Origin: an uncultured Thermodesulfobacteriota bacterium
GTDB lineage: Bacteria > Desulfobacterota > GWC2-55-46 > JADFVP01
Reading direction: 5' to 3'
Length of the DNA stretch: 58,976 nucleotides
Assembly: GCA_964567185.1 (NCBI GenBank)
Contig: CAZMKZ010000005.1
Coordinates: 1-58,976, forward strand
The position numbers and the translations under genes were made by a program. Positions 9,195-19,263 of this stretch are shown in pieces (the first letter of the stretch is position 1; each line of letters opens with the position of its first letter). The notes beneath the pieces were generated by a model that worked only from the letters and a program-made list of their open reading frames with translations, was not told where the DNA came from and did no database searches.

Positions 9195-9785
9195 TTAGTC
9201 CAGGTTGACAACGGACTGAAAATTATAGTCGGCGTATGCCCTGAAGTTCTTTACATAGACCTTGTCATCCGTGCCGTTGCATACATAATAGAGCTGAATA
9301 AGGTCGCCGGGCGCGAGCCCGCCCAGTGTCTCGGTATAGGTCTGGTACAGGGCTGTAAAGCTCCGCACCGTTCCATAGGGTATGGAGTTCTTGTATATCC
9401 TCGCACCCACCGAGGTTGGGGCCCCGGCGAAGATGGAGACCATGCCGTCAAAACTTATCTTCAGGGTTCCGCCTCGGCCAATCTTGAACTCCTTTACCTT
9501 TGTCCATGTCCCGTTGACGTCACCGGACTTCCACTGTTCCGTATCGGCGGCAAGGACCAGGTCCGTTGCCCCTCCGGTGGTGGTATATGACCCCGTGGCG
9601 CCGGGAAGGGCGCTGTTTATGCCATCGTGGTTATGGTCCTGAGCGGCAGTATAGTTGAGCCCCAGCCATTCTCTGAGGTGAACAAGATCGTCCCTTATCT
9701 CCGTAAGGAGCGTAGTATCGAGGGGACTGTCCGCGTCGATAGCCGAGTCCGGGATATCCGTCCAGTTCTTGGTTGGCGTTGTCAT
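9195..9785 (-). CDS. Tail fibre/receptor-binding protein
   Basis: N-terminal anchor-like DSPL..L..IRDDL, HNHDG motif, beta-rich C-terminus; position after tail tip genes. Confidence 0.6.
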   Translation of the reverse strand: MTTPTKNWTDIPDSAIDADSPLDTTLLTEIRDDLVHLREWLGLNYTAAQDHNHDGINSALPGATGSYTTTGGATDLVLAADTEQWKSGDVNGTWTKVKEFKIGRGGTLKISFDGMVSIFAGAPTSVGARIYKNSIPYGTVRSFTALYQTYTETLGGLAPGDLIQLYYVCNGTDDKVYVKNFRAYADYNFQSVVNLD

Positions 9786-9797
9786 TCAGAAACCTCC

Positions 9798-11522
9798 TTA
9801 CCAGATTATGTATCCGTCTTCTGTGCCGCCATTGACCTTGTTGGCGCTGTCTCCTATGTATGCCCGCTCTCTCTGCGATGGAGTGGCCGCGGGATAATCG
9901 GGCTGGCCCGGGGGAGCCACAAAGCCATAGCGGCGGTATAGCTTCGTCTCTACGGCCTCAACCCTTACTCTGTGGCTACTCATGTCGGGCCTTACCCTCG
10001 TTATCATCACCCGCTCCCCATTCCATGTGGGGCTACCGTGCTCAAAGGCCTCATCCGTTGTAATGTCCTTGAAATCAGCGGGTTTTATGAAACTCGAGTT
10101 ATAGACCATATTATTGATGTCCATCTCAAAACTTATAGTGGAAACAGGGTCGCGGTAGCGGTTCAATATCTTCTGCGCCAGCTGAGTTGCCATGCTGAGA
10201 CCGTTAAGGGTGGCTATCGTTATCGTATCGCTTTTGCCCTGGGTGGGCAGACTCCCGTAATCCACCACAAGCTTTACCCACTTGCTCCCGTTAGAGGAAT
10301 AAAGCGTGTATCTGCCGGAAGAGGAGAGACTCACCGCCCCTCCCGCCGCCTCGCCGGGAGGGGCCCACTGCAACGTATGACTGCCGTTGGCTGAAGGGGT
10401 AAAGGTGAGCGCCCCGGCGCCGGGGCCGTTGTTCTTAGAAAGGTGATATAGAGTAGCCCCTGTTATGTTCACGGGCTGAGTGTGCGTTAAGGACCTTATC
10501 CATTTACTCTTTATCGTCTTCGTGGATATCTCGTTCCACTGTGACGGGTCCTGTGACGCGGCGTCCGCCGCGATGACGGCGCTCTCGAAGTTATCCGTGC
10601 TCTCGCCGGAGCCCTTATAGTCGAAATAAACTACCACGCGGTTGAAAAACTTGTCCCTGTACCCCGAGTCCTGGGCAAGTGTATTTTCTATAATATGCGT
10701 GCCCTCGGACCACTGCTCAACCACTGTGCCCGGCGGGGGCGGAGAAAAGACCTTGAAGTTTACACGGAGCCCGTCATGCACGATAAATGAGTTCGTCTCT
10801 ATCTGAAGCTCGTTGAGTATCTTGTTGGCCTCCACGGGCTCCGTAAGTACCCGGCTGAAAGACCACCCGTTAAGCCATAGAGATGACTCACTGTCGAAAC
10901 TGAGAGTATCGATAGTGGACATATCCATGCCCAGTTTATTTATAAGGAGGTCTTTCATTATCTCCACGGGATTTCGGTTCGTGTAATCAAGCCACTGTGT
11001 GCCGTCCGGGTTGCTCACCGGTATCTGAAGACTCCCAACATCGGCAAGGGTATCGGCTATGGTCAGGGTAAGCTCATCGCCCTTTCTGCTCCAGTCTGAG
11101 ATTACACCTGAAAAAGTAGGGGCATAATCGCCGTATGTAAAGTCAGGGGCGATAAAGCCGTCTTTTCTTATCACCGGCGTGTTCTTGAGGAACTCGTCGC
11201 TTATGATGGACCTGAAGTTCTCCCTCCCCGATATTACGGCCTTGAGCTCGCCCCTTGTGGCAAAACCCTTCGAGGGGTCTATCCTGTTCTGAAGGGACGA
11301 TACGGATTTAAGTACCGGATCGATAAAATGCAGGGTATCCGAGCCCACGGCAAATATATCCGCGTCGGCGCGATATGAGGCATCGGCGCGGTAATGGACA
11401 ACATTCGGCCTGTTGCCGTGGAGGCCCAGATAACGGGTCCCTCCTTTAAGCCCCAACTCGAGTACAATGTCAGGCCTGTTCTCGCTCTTATTAAGTTCAT
11501 CAAGGAATCTTTGTCTTACCAT
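9798..11522 (-). CDS. Tail tip/hub protein
   Basis: 574 aa, beta-rich, NPVEIMKDLL, position downstream of tape measure/Dit. Confidence 0.6.
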   Translation of the reverse strand: MVRQRFLDELNKSENRPDIVLELGLKGGTRYLGLHGNRPNVVHYRADASYRADADIFAVGSDTLHFIDPVLKSVSSLQNRIDPSKGFATRGELKAVISGRENFRSIISDEFLKNTPVIRKDGFIAPDFTYGDYAPTFSGVISDWSRKGDELTLTIADTLADVGSLQIPVSNPDGTQWLDYTNRNPVEIMKDLLINKLGMDMSTIDTLSFDSESSLWLNGWSFSRVLTEPVEANKILNELQIETNSFIVHDGLRVNFKVFSPPPPGTVVEQWSEGTHIIENTLAQDSGYRDKFFNRVVVYFDYKGSGESTDNFESAVIAADAASQDPSQWNEISTKTIKSKWIRSLTHTQPVNITGATLYHLSKNNGPGAGALTFTPSANGSHTLQWAPPGEAAGGAVSLSSSGRYTLYSSNGSKWVKLVVDYGSLPTQGKSDTITIATLNGLSMATQLAQKILNRYRDPVSTISFEMDINNMVYNSSFIKPADFKDITTDEAFEHGSPTWNGERVMITRVRPDMSSHRVRVEAVETKLYRRYGFVAPPGQPDYPAATPSQRERAYIGDSANKVNGGTEDGYIIW

Positions 11523-11541
11523 CTTCGCCCCCGGCTACTTA

Positions 11542-13215
11542 TCAAACGCTCCCAACTATACAGGCCCATTGAGTGCCCTGAAATACACAGTCCAGAAAAT
11601 CGCCTGCCTTTCCCGTAAAGTTAACGCCGCCGTTGCCCTTCAGGGCGCTCCCGGCAAACTGGATGGTAGTGTTTGTATCGGCGAACCTTATGTGTATCCG
11701 CTGACCGATGTAACCATCGTTAAACATGGTAATGGTGGTGGGCTGTGTGTTGGCCGACTGAAAAAACTCGCCGCCAAGCACAGAGGGGGTGGCGCCCGCA
11801 GGCAGCGTCCTGAAAAGGTTTTTTTCTATATTGTCCTTAACGCGAAGGTTTGTGATGTTGGGCGCGTTAACAATGTATATGGATTCCGTTGTCACCTTCT
11901 CAAGGTCATTGCCCCTTATTTCTATATTGCTCATGGCCACGTTGGTTGCGTTCAGATAAACGCCGTATCTTGTCTTGAGCCCCTCGTCAAAGACCGTATT
12001 ATTGAGGACCCGGAGCCTGGACCATGTGGCCGATGGGGTTCCGCCCGGACCGATATATATACCGGCGCCGGCATTACTGTTACTCTGATTGGGGTTATAT
12101 ATTATGTTGTTGGCTATAATGGTATCCTTCCTGTTGGCGCCAAGGTCCCCGGCTATGACAATGCCGTGCGTGGCGGCCCTGGATACAAAATTGCCGGTAA
12201 CTATGCACTGGCTCGTGGCGTCTATGCCGAACCCCCCGGCAAGGGTAACCACGTTGTTGCTGATGATAATGGACTGAAAGAACGGGTCCGAGGGGATGCT
12301 CGCGCCCACGGCTATGCCGTCATCGCCGGCGCGGCTGTTGTCATGGCAGATATTGCCGTCTACAATAATGTATTGGCTTCCCCTGCCGAGTATAATCATC
12401 ATGTCTTTTTCCACCTGACCAGTTAGTATCGTGCTAGGCGCGATAGACCTGTTGATGATGTTTCCGGATATGAGCACCCCGCGGCTCGAATGGACGCCCA
12501 CAGTTGTACCCTCGACAAGGGCTATGCCCTGGCTTCCCGTAGAGAATATTTCATTGCCTGTTATAATCCCCGTATCACCATACTCAACCTGAATTCCCCT
12601 CCATCCTATATTTCTTAAAAAATTTCCGGTTATCCGAAGATTGGTGTGGGGCGCCGTAGTCGCCGTGAGCAGGATAGCGTTGAATGGAGTATTCCTTATG
12701 ACCACCCCCTGTATCGTAAGGTGGTCCGTGTTCACCCCTCCTATGCCGTTGTATGTAGAGGTTGTGTTATTATCGGCGTTACCATCAATCTGAAGGTCCC
12801 TGATGGTCAGGAAGGTTACAGTAGCGGCGATATTGAAGATGGAGCCATAACCGCCTGCCTGCAGGTCTCCCGTATTATCCTTGACCTTTATTACAGATAA
12901 TGACCCTTCACCCCGCACTACCATATTATGTTTATTGAGATTAATGGGGGCGGTGATAATATATGTGCCCGCCGGAAAATAAACAGTCCGTATGCCGCCT
13001 GAAGCGGGAACGGCGTCAAAGGCGGCCTGTACGGCAGCCGTGTCGTCCGTAACCCCGTCACCTGTGGCTCCAAAATCCGGGTGCGTCACATCCAGCCATT
13101 TATGGGCGCCGTTAATGCCATGTTCCGAAAGCATAAGCCTGTTAAGGGTGTCCGCCTTGGCGGGATGCCCGGCCCCAACCATCTCGTCCATATACTGAAT
13201 CCTGAGATCTGCCAT
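11542..13215 (-). CDS. Tailspike-like right-handed beta-helix (pectate-lyase superfamily) protein
   Basis: DFGATGDGVTDDTAAVQAAFD..VYFPAGTY and repeated I-x-G-N-x-I beta-helix turns. Confidence 0.85.
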   Translation of the reverse strand: MADLRIQYMDEMVGAGHPAKADTLNRLMLSEHGINGAHKWLDVTHPDFGATGDGVTDDTAAVQAAFDAVPASGGIRTVYFPAGTYIITAPINLNKHNMVVRGEGSLSVIKVKDNTGDLQAGGYGSIFNIAATVTFLTIRDLQIDGNADNNTTSTYNGIGGVNTDHLTIQGVVIRNTPFNAILLTATTAPHTNLRITGNFLRNIGWRGIQVEYGDTGIITGNEIFSTGSQGIALVEGTTVGVHSSRGVLISGNIINRSIAPSTILTGQVEKDMMIILGRGSQYIIVDGNICHDNSRAGDDGIAVGASIPSDPFFQSIIISNNVVTLAGGFGIDATSQCIVTGNFVSRAATHGIVIAGDLGANRKDTIIANNIIYNPNQSNSNAGAGIYIGPGGTPSATWSRLRVLNNTVFDEGLKTRYGVYLNATNVAMSNIEIRGNDLEKVTTESIYIVNAPNITNLRVKDNIEKNLFRTLPAGATPSVLGGEFFQSANTQPTTITMFNDGYIGQRIHIRFADTNTTIQFAGSALKGNGGVNFTGKAGDFLDCVFQGTQWACIVGSV

Positions 13216-13218
13216 TGT

Positions 13219-14922
13219 TTATTCCTTTCTCCCCTTGAGTTTTATGTTTATATCCCTGAAAAGGCCGCCCTTTTTAAGCGGATTGGAGAACCTCTTGTCA
13301 GGGAACATGAGAAAGATATCGTCGGGGTTATTGCCGCGCTCCCATGCCAAAAAAAAGTTTTTAAGTCCTGATGACTCCCACCAGCCCCGCACCTTTTCAT
13401 AAAGTGCGGTATCCGCCTCGCGAAAGGCAAGTGATATGGAGCGCTCAGTGTATTTTGTATGCACGCCCATGATATGACCGGAGTTGCTTATATTGACATT
13501 GGCCTGAACAGACTCGCCGTAGGGGTCAAAAGAGGTGGCAGCGTAATCGAGCACGGTCTTGGAGCCCCATATGCATATTTTCATGTAAGGCGCGCTGCTG
13601 TGACCGGTCATCTTCAGGCGCCAGTGCCTCTTACTTATTGCCCCGGGGGTGACGTAATCAGATAGCTCACCTGCCTGAACCGATGTTGAGACCCTCATTA
13701 CGGCCCCGTCAAGATAGACATTGGCCGCCGCTCCCGTTGATATGTAACACCTTAATTTCAAGGCCTTAAGTCCGCTCCGCAGGGGACGTGTCACGGTCAT
13801 GAACTGCCACGACCCGTCGCCGGGGTGCACGGCGCTCTCGGTAAACTGCACACCAGCGCCATCGTCATCGTAGATCCTCAGGGTTACCCTGCCCGGCGCG
13901 GAGGTATTCACATAACAGCCAAAGGAGATGGTCTTGCCGGATAGATTTGCAAGATCATAGGGGTTGCCCGTCTCTCCTGCCTCTACCCAGGCGTCCTCAT
14001 TGACAGCGCTACCGAGCCTCGCGCTGTAGACCCCCTTGAAGACCGTTACGGCCTCTCTGGCCATGGCCGCTGAGGGACCCCCTCCGATGGCCCAACCTGT
14101 GGGCGGGGCGGCAGGCCCATTGTCCCAGACCTCGAAATCAGGGTTTGCAAGGAGGCGCGCCTCGGCCACTACGGCGCGGTTCGAGAGCGGACGTATGGTT
14201 ACGAGGCCCCGAATATCTCCTGTAAAATCATCATCCGATGCCTCTAATGTAAGGGTCCCTCCTGAGCCGTGGTAATCATGACCCATAAAGGCAAGATAAT
14301 CGGCGCTCTTTCTCATGCCCCCGCTTGCCGCGTCAAAGAGAACCGTGCCGTCGGCGCCAAGGACCTGCAGGCGGATGCTCAAATCCGTAGCCCCTTCTGA
14401 TACCAGATGAGATACACTCAGGAACTCCCAGCCCCCTGCGCCGCTATGGTATGGTGAATAGGACCACTTAATGCCGTCGAAGATGGCAAGCCTCGCCTGT
14501 GATACGTTTGCCGATGATACCCATGCCCCGAGGCTGAAGGTCTTACCTGTAAAATCCCTGAAAGAAAGGACACTCTGCATAAGATGGCAGTCAGTCCCGG
14601 CACGGGTGAGGCTCGCCGAGGTAAGCCCTTTTTTCATGGTAACGGTATCCGCTGTCACCGATGCGCCGGACCCGCCTGAAAGGGACCAGTAATCAGGCAA
14701 GCCATTGGTCCAGGACTCAAAATCGCTATTAAGGAGCAGATTCCCGCTCCAGGTAATATACTGAGGGTCCGCCGTATTACCGGACTCCCACCTGTTTACC
14801 TCAAGCATGTTGTATATATTCGCCACATCCGTACCGGTAAGCGTGCTGTCCGCGGTAAGTGCGGTGCCCGGTTCGCCGAGCATGGTATCGTAAAAAAATT
14901 TAATCTTTTCCCAGGTTGCCAT
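13219..14922 (-). CDS. Distal tail (Dit)-like protein with two carbohydrate-binding-like domains
   Basis: Immediately after tape measure. Repeated domains NLLLNSDFESW../LLANPDFEVW.., GKTFSLGAWV/GKTISFGCYV, HSGAGGWEFL/HPGDGSWQFM. Confidence 0.65.
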   Translation of the reverse strand: MATWEKIKFFYDTMLGEPGTALTADSTLTGTDVANIYNMLEVNRWESGNTADPQYITWSGNLLLNSDFESWTNGLPDYWSLSGGSGASVTADTVTMKKGLTSASLTRAGTDCHLMQSVLSFRDFTGKTFSLGAWVSSANVSQARLAIFDGIKWSYSPYHSGAGGWEFLSVSHLVSEGATDLSIRLQVLGADGTVLFDAASGGMRKSADYLAFMGHDYHGSGGTLTLEASDDDFTGDIRGLVTIRPLSNRAVVAEARLLANPDFEVWDNGPAAPPTGWAIGGGPSAAMAREAVTVFKGVYSARLGSAVNEDAWVEAGETGNPYDLANLSGKTISFGCYVNTSAPGRVTLRIYDDDGAGVQFTESAVHPGDGSWQFMTVTRPLRSGLKALKLRCYISTGAAANVYLDGAVMRVSTSVQAGELSDYVTPGAISKRHWRLKMTGHSSAPYMKICIWGSKTVLDYAATSFDPYGESVQANVNISNSGHIMGVHTKYTERSISLAFREADTALYEKVRGWWESSGLKNFFLAWERGNNPDDIFLMFPDKRFSNPLKKGGLFRDINIKLKGRKE

Positions 14923-14924
14923 TA

Positions 14925-15905
14925 TTACCCCGCTACTTTTATATTCAATACAACGTCCCTGTTGGAGAGGCCCTCAAGGGCCGGGGCTATGTTGTCCTCC
15001 ACTATCTTGTCCCAGTTATCGTCACTCAAGGGGTTGTAGACATTGACCGTAAGGGTCTGCGCCACATTATCCTGTCCCTGTTGAATGGGAAATGCCTGCG
15101 GTGAACCCCCGGTAAAGGGAGTGGTTATGGCCTCGCCTCCCGATGTAACGGCCGTGCCGCCGCCAAAGGGCGTGCTCCTTATCTGAGCCACTCGCGCGAG
15201 CCCCGCGGCTATGGCCGAGGCGGCGGCGGCTATTGCGAGCCCGGGGCCCACAACGGGTATGCCTGCAAGGGACTTGTATGCCGCCTGCGCCGACGAGTAG
15301 GTATCGATAACGGTCTGGGATATTGCCGCGGCCTTCATAATCTCGAACATGGAGCGGCTGTGCGAGCCAGTTGCCACAAAGAGATTCTCCATGAAGTTGG
15401 CCGCCGCGCCAAAGGCCTCGCCCGCGTACTGTATCTTCAGGTCGCGCGCCTTTTTGGATGACTGTATGGAAAGGTCCGAGTAGGCGGCCTCTATCTGCGC
15501 CTGCGTCTCATGGGCCCTTATCATCTCCGTGATGACACCGGTATTGTAGTCCTGCAGTGCCGTGAGCCGTGCCTCGTAATCCGCAAAGGAGTTGGCCACA
15601 TCGGAGTTTACGGAACCAGGGTCCGGGGCATTGTAGGGGCTCGAAGTGTCGAGCCTGGCGAGTTCCGCCTCGGCGGCGTGCCGCTCATTGATAAGCCCTA
15701 TCCTCTCTGCCTCAAGCCCGGCGACACGCTCAAGCCCCGTGGCGTAACTCTCCATGGTATCCACGTCCGAGGTGGAGATGAGCCCCTCGAAGTTGTCCTT
15801 GATAGCGGAGCTGGAATCAATTACAGACCGGAGTATCCTGTCTACCACGGAAGAGAGCTCTGCCGGGGCCTTTATAACAACCTCTACGTCTTTTTCATTC
15901 GCCAT
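14925..15905 (-). CDS. Short tape measure protein
   Basis: Follows the tail chaperones. Helical and Ala-rich, with typical C-terminal KAAAISQTVIDTY..IPVVGPGLAIAAAASAIAAGLARV. Confidence 0.8.
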   Translation of the reverse strand: MANEKDVEVVIKAPAELSSVVDRILRSVIDSSSAIKDNFEGLISTSDVDTMESYATGLERVAGLEAERIGLINERHAAEAELARLDTSSPYNAPDPGSVNSDVANSFADYEARLTALQDYNTGVITEMIRAHETQAQIEAAYSDLSIQSSKKARDLKIQYAGEAFGAAANFMENLFVATGSHSRSMFEIMKAAAISQTVIDTYSSAQAAYKSLAGIPVVGPGLAIAAAASAIAAGLARVAQIRSTPFGGGTAVTSGGEAITTPFTGGSPQAFPIQQGQDNVAQTLTVNVYNPLSDDNWDKIVEDNIAPALEGLSNRDVVLNIKVAG

Positions 15906-16311
15906 TTTTACGTCCCTTCAGGTATTCAAAACTTTCTCTCTTATATATCTCATAGGCCTCGACAAGCCAGTGCGGCTGGTCCGACCATCCTCCGTCAAAG
16001 AACAACCGCCCGGAGCTCTCAATGAGGTAAATCACCCTTATGAGGTCGAGCGTATCCGCGGTGATGGAGGTGAGAGGACACTCGTAAAAACGAATTTCAC
16101 CAAGGCTGAAGACCCTTACCGCGCCCCTTCTCTTTATCTCCTCCGAGACATCAGCCGTGAACTTTCTTACTATCCTTGACCCCTGCGAGAGACCCCGCGC
16201 ATTAGCGCAGTTACGCCCCTCTCTCAACCCGTGGCCGCACTCATCGCACTTAAAGGGGCTTCCGTCAGAGGTCACGAGAAAGGTCCAACGGAAACCCGCT
16301 ATCAGTTTTTT
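15895..16311 (-). CDS. Tail assembly chaperone, -1 frame extension (gpT-like)
   Basis: Frame is open from the slippery AAAAAAC (16305-16311): LIAGFRWTFLVTSDGSPFKCDEC...GGWSDQPHWLVEA. Confidence 0.8.
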   Translation of the reverse strand, partial: KKLIAGFRWTFLVTSDGSPFKCDECGHGLREGRNCANARGLSQGSRIVRKFTADVSEEIKRRGAVRVFSLGEIRFYECPLTSITADTLDLIRVIYLIESSGRLFFDGGWSDQPHWLVEAYEIYKRESFEYLKGRKNGE

Positions 16312-16679
16312 CTTTGGCCTTCGGAGAGTTTATGTATGTTCTCCATGGAGCGGATTATCTCGGTGACAAGCTCCGTATCAGCGGACTCGTAAAAATCTTC
16401 GGCCCCTGAGACCTCTCGCTCTCCGATGTAATAACCGGATACCGAGGCCACGTTTTCGACAAACTGTTTCTTCTGCACTGATTGCGAGAGGTTCACCGTC
16501 TTTACCGCGTCGCCCGCCGCCCCGCTTGCCCGCGCGGCGAGAAGACGCGAGTATTCCTGCACCCTGGAGTAGGGGACAAACTTCAGACGCACCACGCAGG
16601 GGTCTTCTGATTCCCTGTTGCCGCCATAGGCCGGGATATAGTCTATAAGCACATCCCTGTCAAAACTTATGATAGCCAT
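16302..16679 (-). CDS. Tail assembly chaperone (gpG-like)
   Basis: Between tail tube and tape measure; ends ..LSEGQRKN* on A AAA AAC. Confidence 0.8.
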   Translation of the reverse strand: MAIISFDRDVLIDYIPAYGGNRESEDPCVVRLKFVPYSRVQEYSRLLAARASGAAGDAVKTVNLSQSVQKKQFVENVASVSGYYIGEREVSGAEDFYESADTELVTEIIRSMENIHKLSEGQRKN

Positions 16680-16718
16680 GAGACCTCCTTGGAAAAATAG
16701 CTCAAAAAAATCATCCCC

Positions 16719-17810
16719 CTAAAGGGCCACCGATGTGTTCTTCAGTATGAGGCCCGCCATGTAATGCGTTACGGAACCATCAAAAACGCCTTCGTATTTC
16801 AGCGTTATCATGGGGTCTTTATCAAGGGAGTAATCGGGTGTTCCGCCCGTTCTCTCCATAATGGGCAGGTCTATATAAAGCCCGTGGTTGTCCCCTGTGC
16901 CGGCCTGAGCGCCTGTGTCCCAGTGAAGGGCGAAGTTGGTGGAACCCGCCGAGGCCATCCAGGAATTGAACTCCGTTACCGAAGAAAAACCGCTTGCCGG
17001 ATCTTCCCAGTCAATAGTCATCTCAAGGCTTACCTTGAACTGGCCCATGCGGGTCTTGTCGGGATAATCAAGGCCTGATAGCCGAAGCACGTCGCTCATC
17101 CCGTTCTCAAACTTCAGGCTTATCTTGTCGGGTTTTATCTGCGTGGCCGAGGCAAAGGTCATGTCCGTAAAATCAGGCGCGGCCCCTATACGAGTCACCG
17201 GACCTGTGTAGACCATGAGGTTGTTATAATCGCAACGGAGGTTTTCTGCGGCAAAGACGGCCCCGCCCGTCTCTGGCGTTACGGCATCCCTGAACTGGCC
17301 GAACATATCGGCCGTAAGTTTCAGGTTCTGTCCCGCCTCCTGGCTGAAGCCAAGGGAGCTTACGCGGCCTCCCACGAAGGGCCAGTTTTTCATTACCGCG
17401 CCCTCGTTTATATTCATGTTGAGCGTCAGGGCCCGCGTCCCGAGGGCGGACGTGCCAAAGGGGTCTGCCACAGGACTGAATGAGTGCGAGTACTGACCCG
17501 TAGTCCCGTTCTCCACGCTAACCGCGTGACCGAAAAAATGCTTTATTACGGTGCCCATCATGGAAGAGACTCCGCCTGCCTCGGTAAAAAATGGTATCTC
17601 CAGCGAGGCGCTCCATTTTTTGTCCATACGCCTGAAAGGCGCGCCGCCCTTTAGAGAATCCTCGCCCCTGAATTCATCTCTTCTCTTCTCGTTAATCTCC
17701 ATCTTTGGAATGCCCGATGATAGAAGAGGGATAAATCCAACGACTCCGGACTCCTTTACACCGCGTATGGCCTCTTCGCCGAGGGCCAGATATAACTTGT
17801 TCTCCGCCAT
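16719..17810 (-). CDS. Major tail tube protein (non-contractile)
   Basis: 363 aa, beta-rich, position before the chaperones; no sheath gene present. Confidence 0.75.
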   Translation of the reverse strand: MAENKLYLALGEEAIRGVKESGVVGFIPLLSSGIPKMEINEKRRDEFRGEDSLKGGAPFRRMDKKWSASLEIPFFTEAGGVSSMMGTVIKHFFGHAVSVENGTTGQYSHSFSPVADPFGTSALGTRALTLNMNINEGAVMKNWPFVGGRVSSLGFSQEAGQNLKLTADMFGQFRDAVTPETGGAVFAAENLRCDYNNLMVYTGPVTRIGAAPDFTDMTFASATQIKPDKISLKFENGMSDVLRLSGLDYPDKTRMGQFKVSLEMTIDWEDPASGFSSVTEFNSWMASAGSTNFALHWDTGAQAGTGDNHGLYIDLPIMERTGGTPDYSLDKDPMITLKYEGVFDGSVTHYMAGLILKNTSVAL

Positions 17811-17883
17811 GGTCTCAATCTCCTTTAGTCTTTATTGATATCCTTGAACCCAACGCGCCAAAAACGTGGCTCAGGGCCCCTGC

Positions 17884-18327
17884 CTACCGGTATCTTATTG
17901 CAAGGCTGTAAGTCAGCCTTGAGACATAACCTTTCTTATCCACCGTAACGGCCCTTGTGTTCACCCTGCTTACAGGGGCGGTGACCGAGAGCCTTCCGGA
18001 ATTCATGGCTTTTACAGTCAGGGCCCCTCTTATCTTATGCGCCCAGCTTTGCTCATCATCGGTTATGCCCTTCAGGTCCCTGTTCTTCAGGACCACCGTT
18101 ACCTTAAAATCAGCGTCGCTGTATCCCGGCCTCTGACCATGAGTGAACTCAAAGGTTTCTCCCTCGTAGGAGACAATCCCGTATGGAAAAAGGCTCGAGG
18201 GGACGTTCTTTTCGTCCTCAAGATTCTCCTGCGCAAGGTGCAGGCCCTCTGCGGTAAGCAGGGCGTTAAGATTTTCCGTAATGAAACGGATGGTCTCAAG
18301 ATTATTCACCATTGACCTCCCTGCCAT
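17884..18327 (-). CDS. Tail terminator/completion protein
   Basis: 147 aa, FPYGIVSYEGE, C-terminal LAIRYR, precedes tail tube. Confidence 0.6.
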   Translation of the reverse strand: MAGRSMVNNLETIRFITENLNALLTAEGLHLAQENLEDEKNVPSSLFPYGIVSYEGETFEFTHGQRPGYSDADFKVTVVLKNRDLKGITDDEQSWAHKIRGALTVKAMNSGRLSVTAPVSRVNTRAVTVDKKGYVSRLTYSLAIRYR

Positions 18328-18375
18328 AAGACCGGTTCATTTTTGATAAACCCCTGGTCCGTGCTTTAAGATTTT

Positions 18376-19263
18376 TCATCTTCTTGCCGTCCTTACTACG
18401 TTAAGCCGCCTGTCGGCCTCGGAGCCTGCTATATAGCCGTCGCCTGAAGAGTCGTACTTGAAGCGCAGGGCCTCAAAGGTTACCTCGCTACGACTCTCAT
18501 AGTCCTTCCAGATATCCCACCAGAAGGTCTCACGGTCCGTGACGAGCCCCTTGCAGACCTCTGCAACGGAGTAATATATATGGACCTCCCGCAAGTCCGC
18601 GGGGTCAAGGATAAGCTCCGGCCTCTTGCCGAGGCGGATTATCTTCTCCTCCATCTTCTCAAAGGCGCGTTGAATCTCACGGCCAAAGGAGCGGCGCAAA
18701 AAATATCTCTCTCCGCTCAAAATGGCAGATGAGAAGGCCGTGGTGGTAACAGTGCCAGTTGCCGAGACAAAAGAGATAATCTCGCGCGTCTCTCCTTTAT
18801 CAAGAGAAGTAGCAAGCCCGCCCGTAAAATATTCGTCAGAGTAGCGGGATAATTCCGTATCCGTTATTGAAGCGGTTGTGCCGCTCTTGGCCGAGCCGTT
18901 AACACGCCAGCCGTTGTCCTTTAACTGAGGGAGCTCGTTTATTATGTCCTCGTCTGTAATAACCTTGACGAGTTTGCTTCTGACGACATCGTAAAAGAGC
19001 GTGGCGTAGAATGTCTCCGCTCCGAGCTGATATGTTATATCCGCCTTATAATTAGAGCCTGCCTCCGAGTTCTGTGCGGCGCTGAGTGAATAGGATAGAA
19101 GGCCATCCGCGGAGACGGTCATGGGAACGGCGTCTACAAGTTTAACGCCTGAACCCGGCCGATAGATTGTAAGGAGCGCCGTTGCGGGCACGGCACGGCG
19201 ATTGTTCTCAAAAACATAGGTACGAAAGGTCTCTACCGTATTTACCTTGAACTGTTGTTTCAT
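18376..19263 (-). CDS. Head-tail adaptor with N-terminal Ig-like domain
   Basis: Beta-rich N-terminus, helical C-terminus; neck position. Confidence 0.5.
   Translation of the reverse strand: MKQQFKVNTVETFRTYVFENNRRAVPATALLTIYRPGSGVKLVDAVPMTVSADGLLSYSLSAAQNSEAGSNYKADITYQLGAETFYATLFYDVVRSKLVKVITDEDIINELPQLKDNGWRVNGSAKSGTTASITDTELSRYSDEYFTGGLATSLDKGETREIISFVSATGTVTTTAFSSAILSGERYFLRRSFGREIQRAFEKMEEKIIRLGKRPELILDPADLREVHIYYSVAEVCKGLVTDRETFWWDIWKDYESRSEVTFEALRFKYDSSGDGYIAGSEADRRLNVVRTARR

Noticed and set aside
9195-18327. Tailocin or contractile injection system
   Set aside because: No sheath or baseplate wedge genes, and a complete head and packaging module is present.
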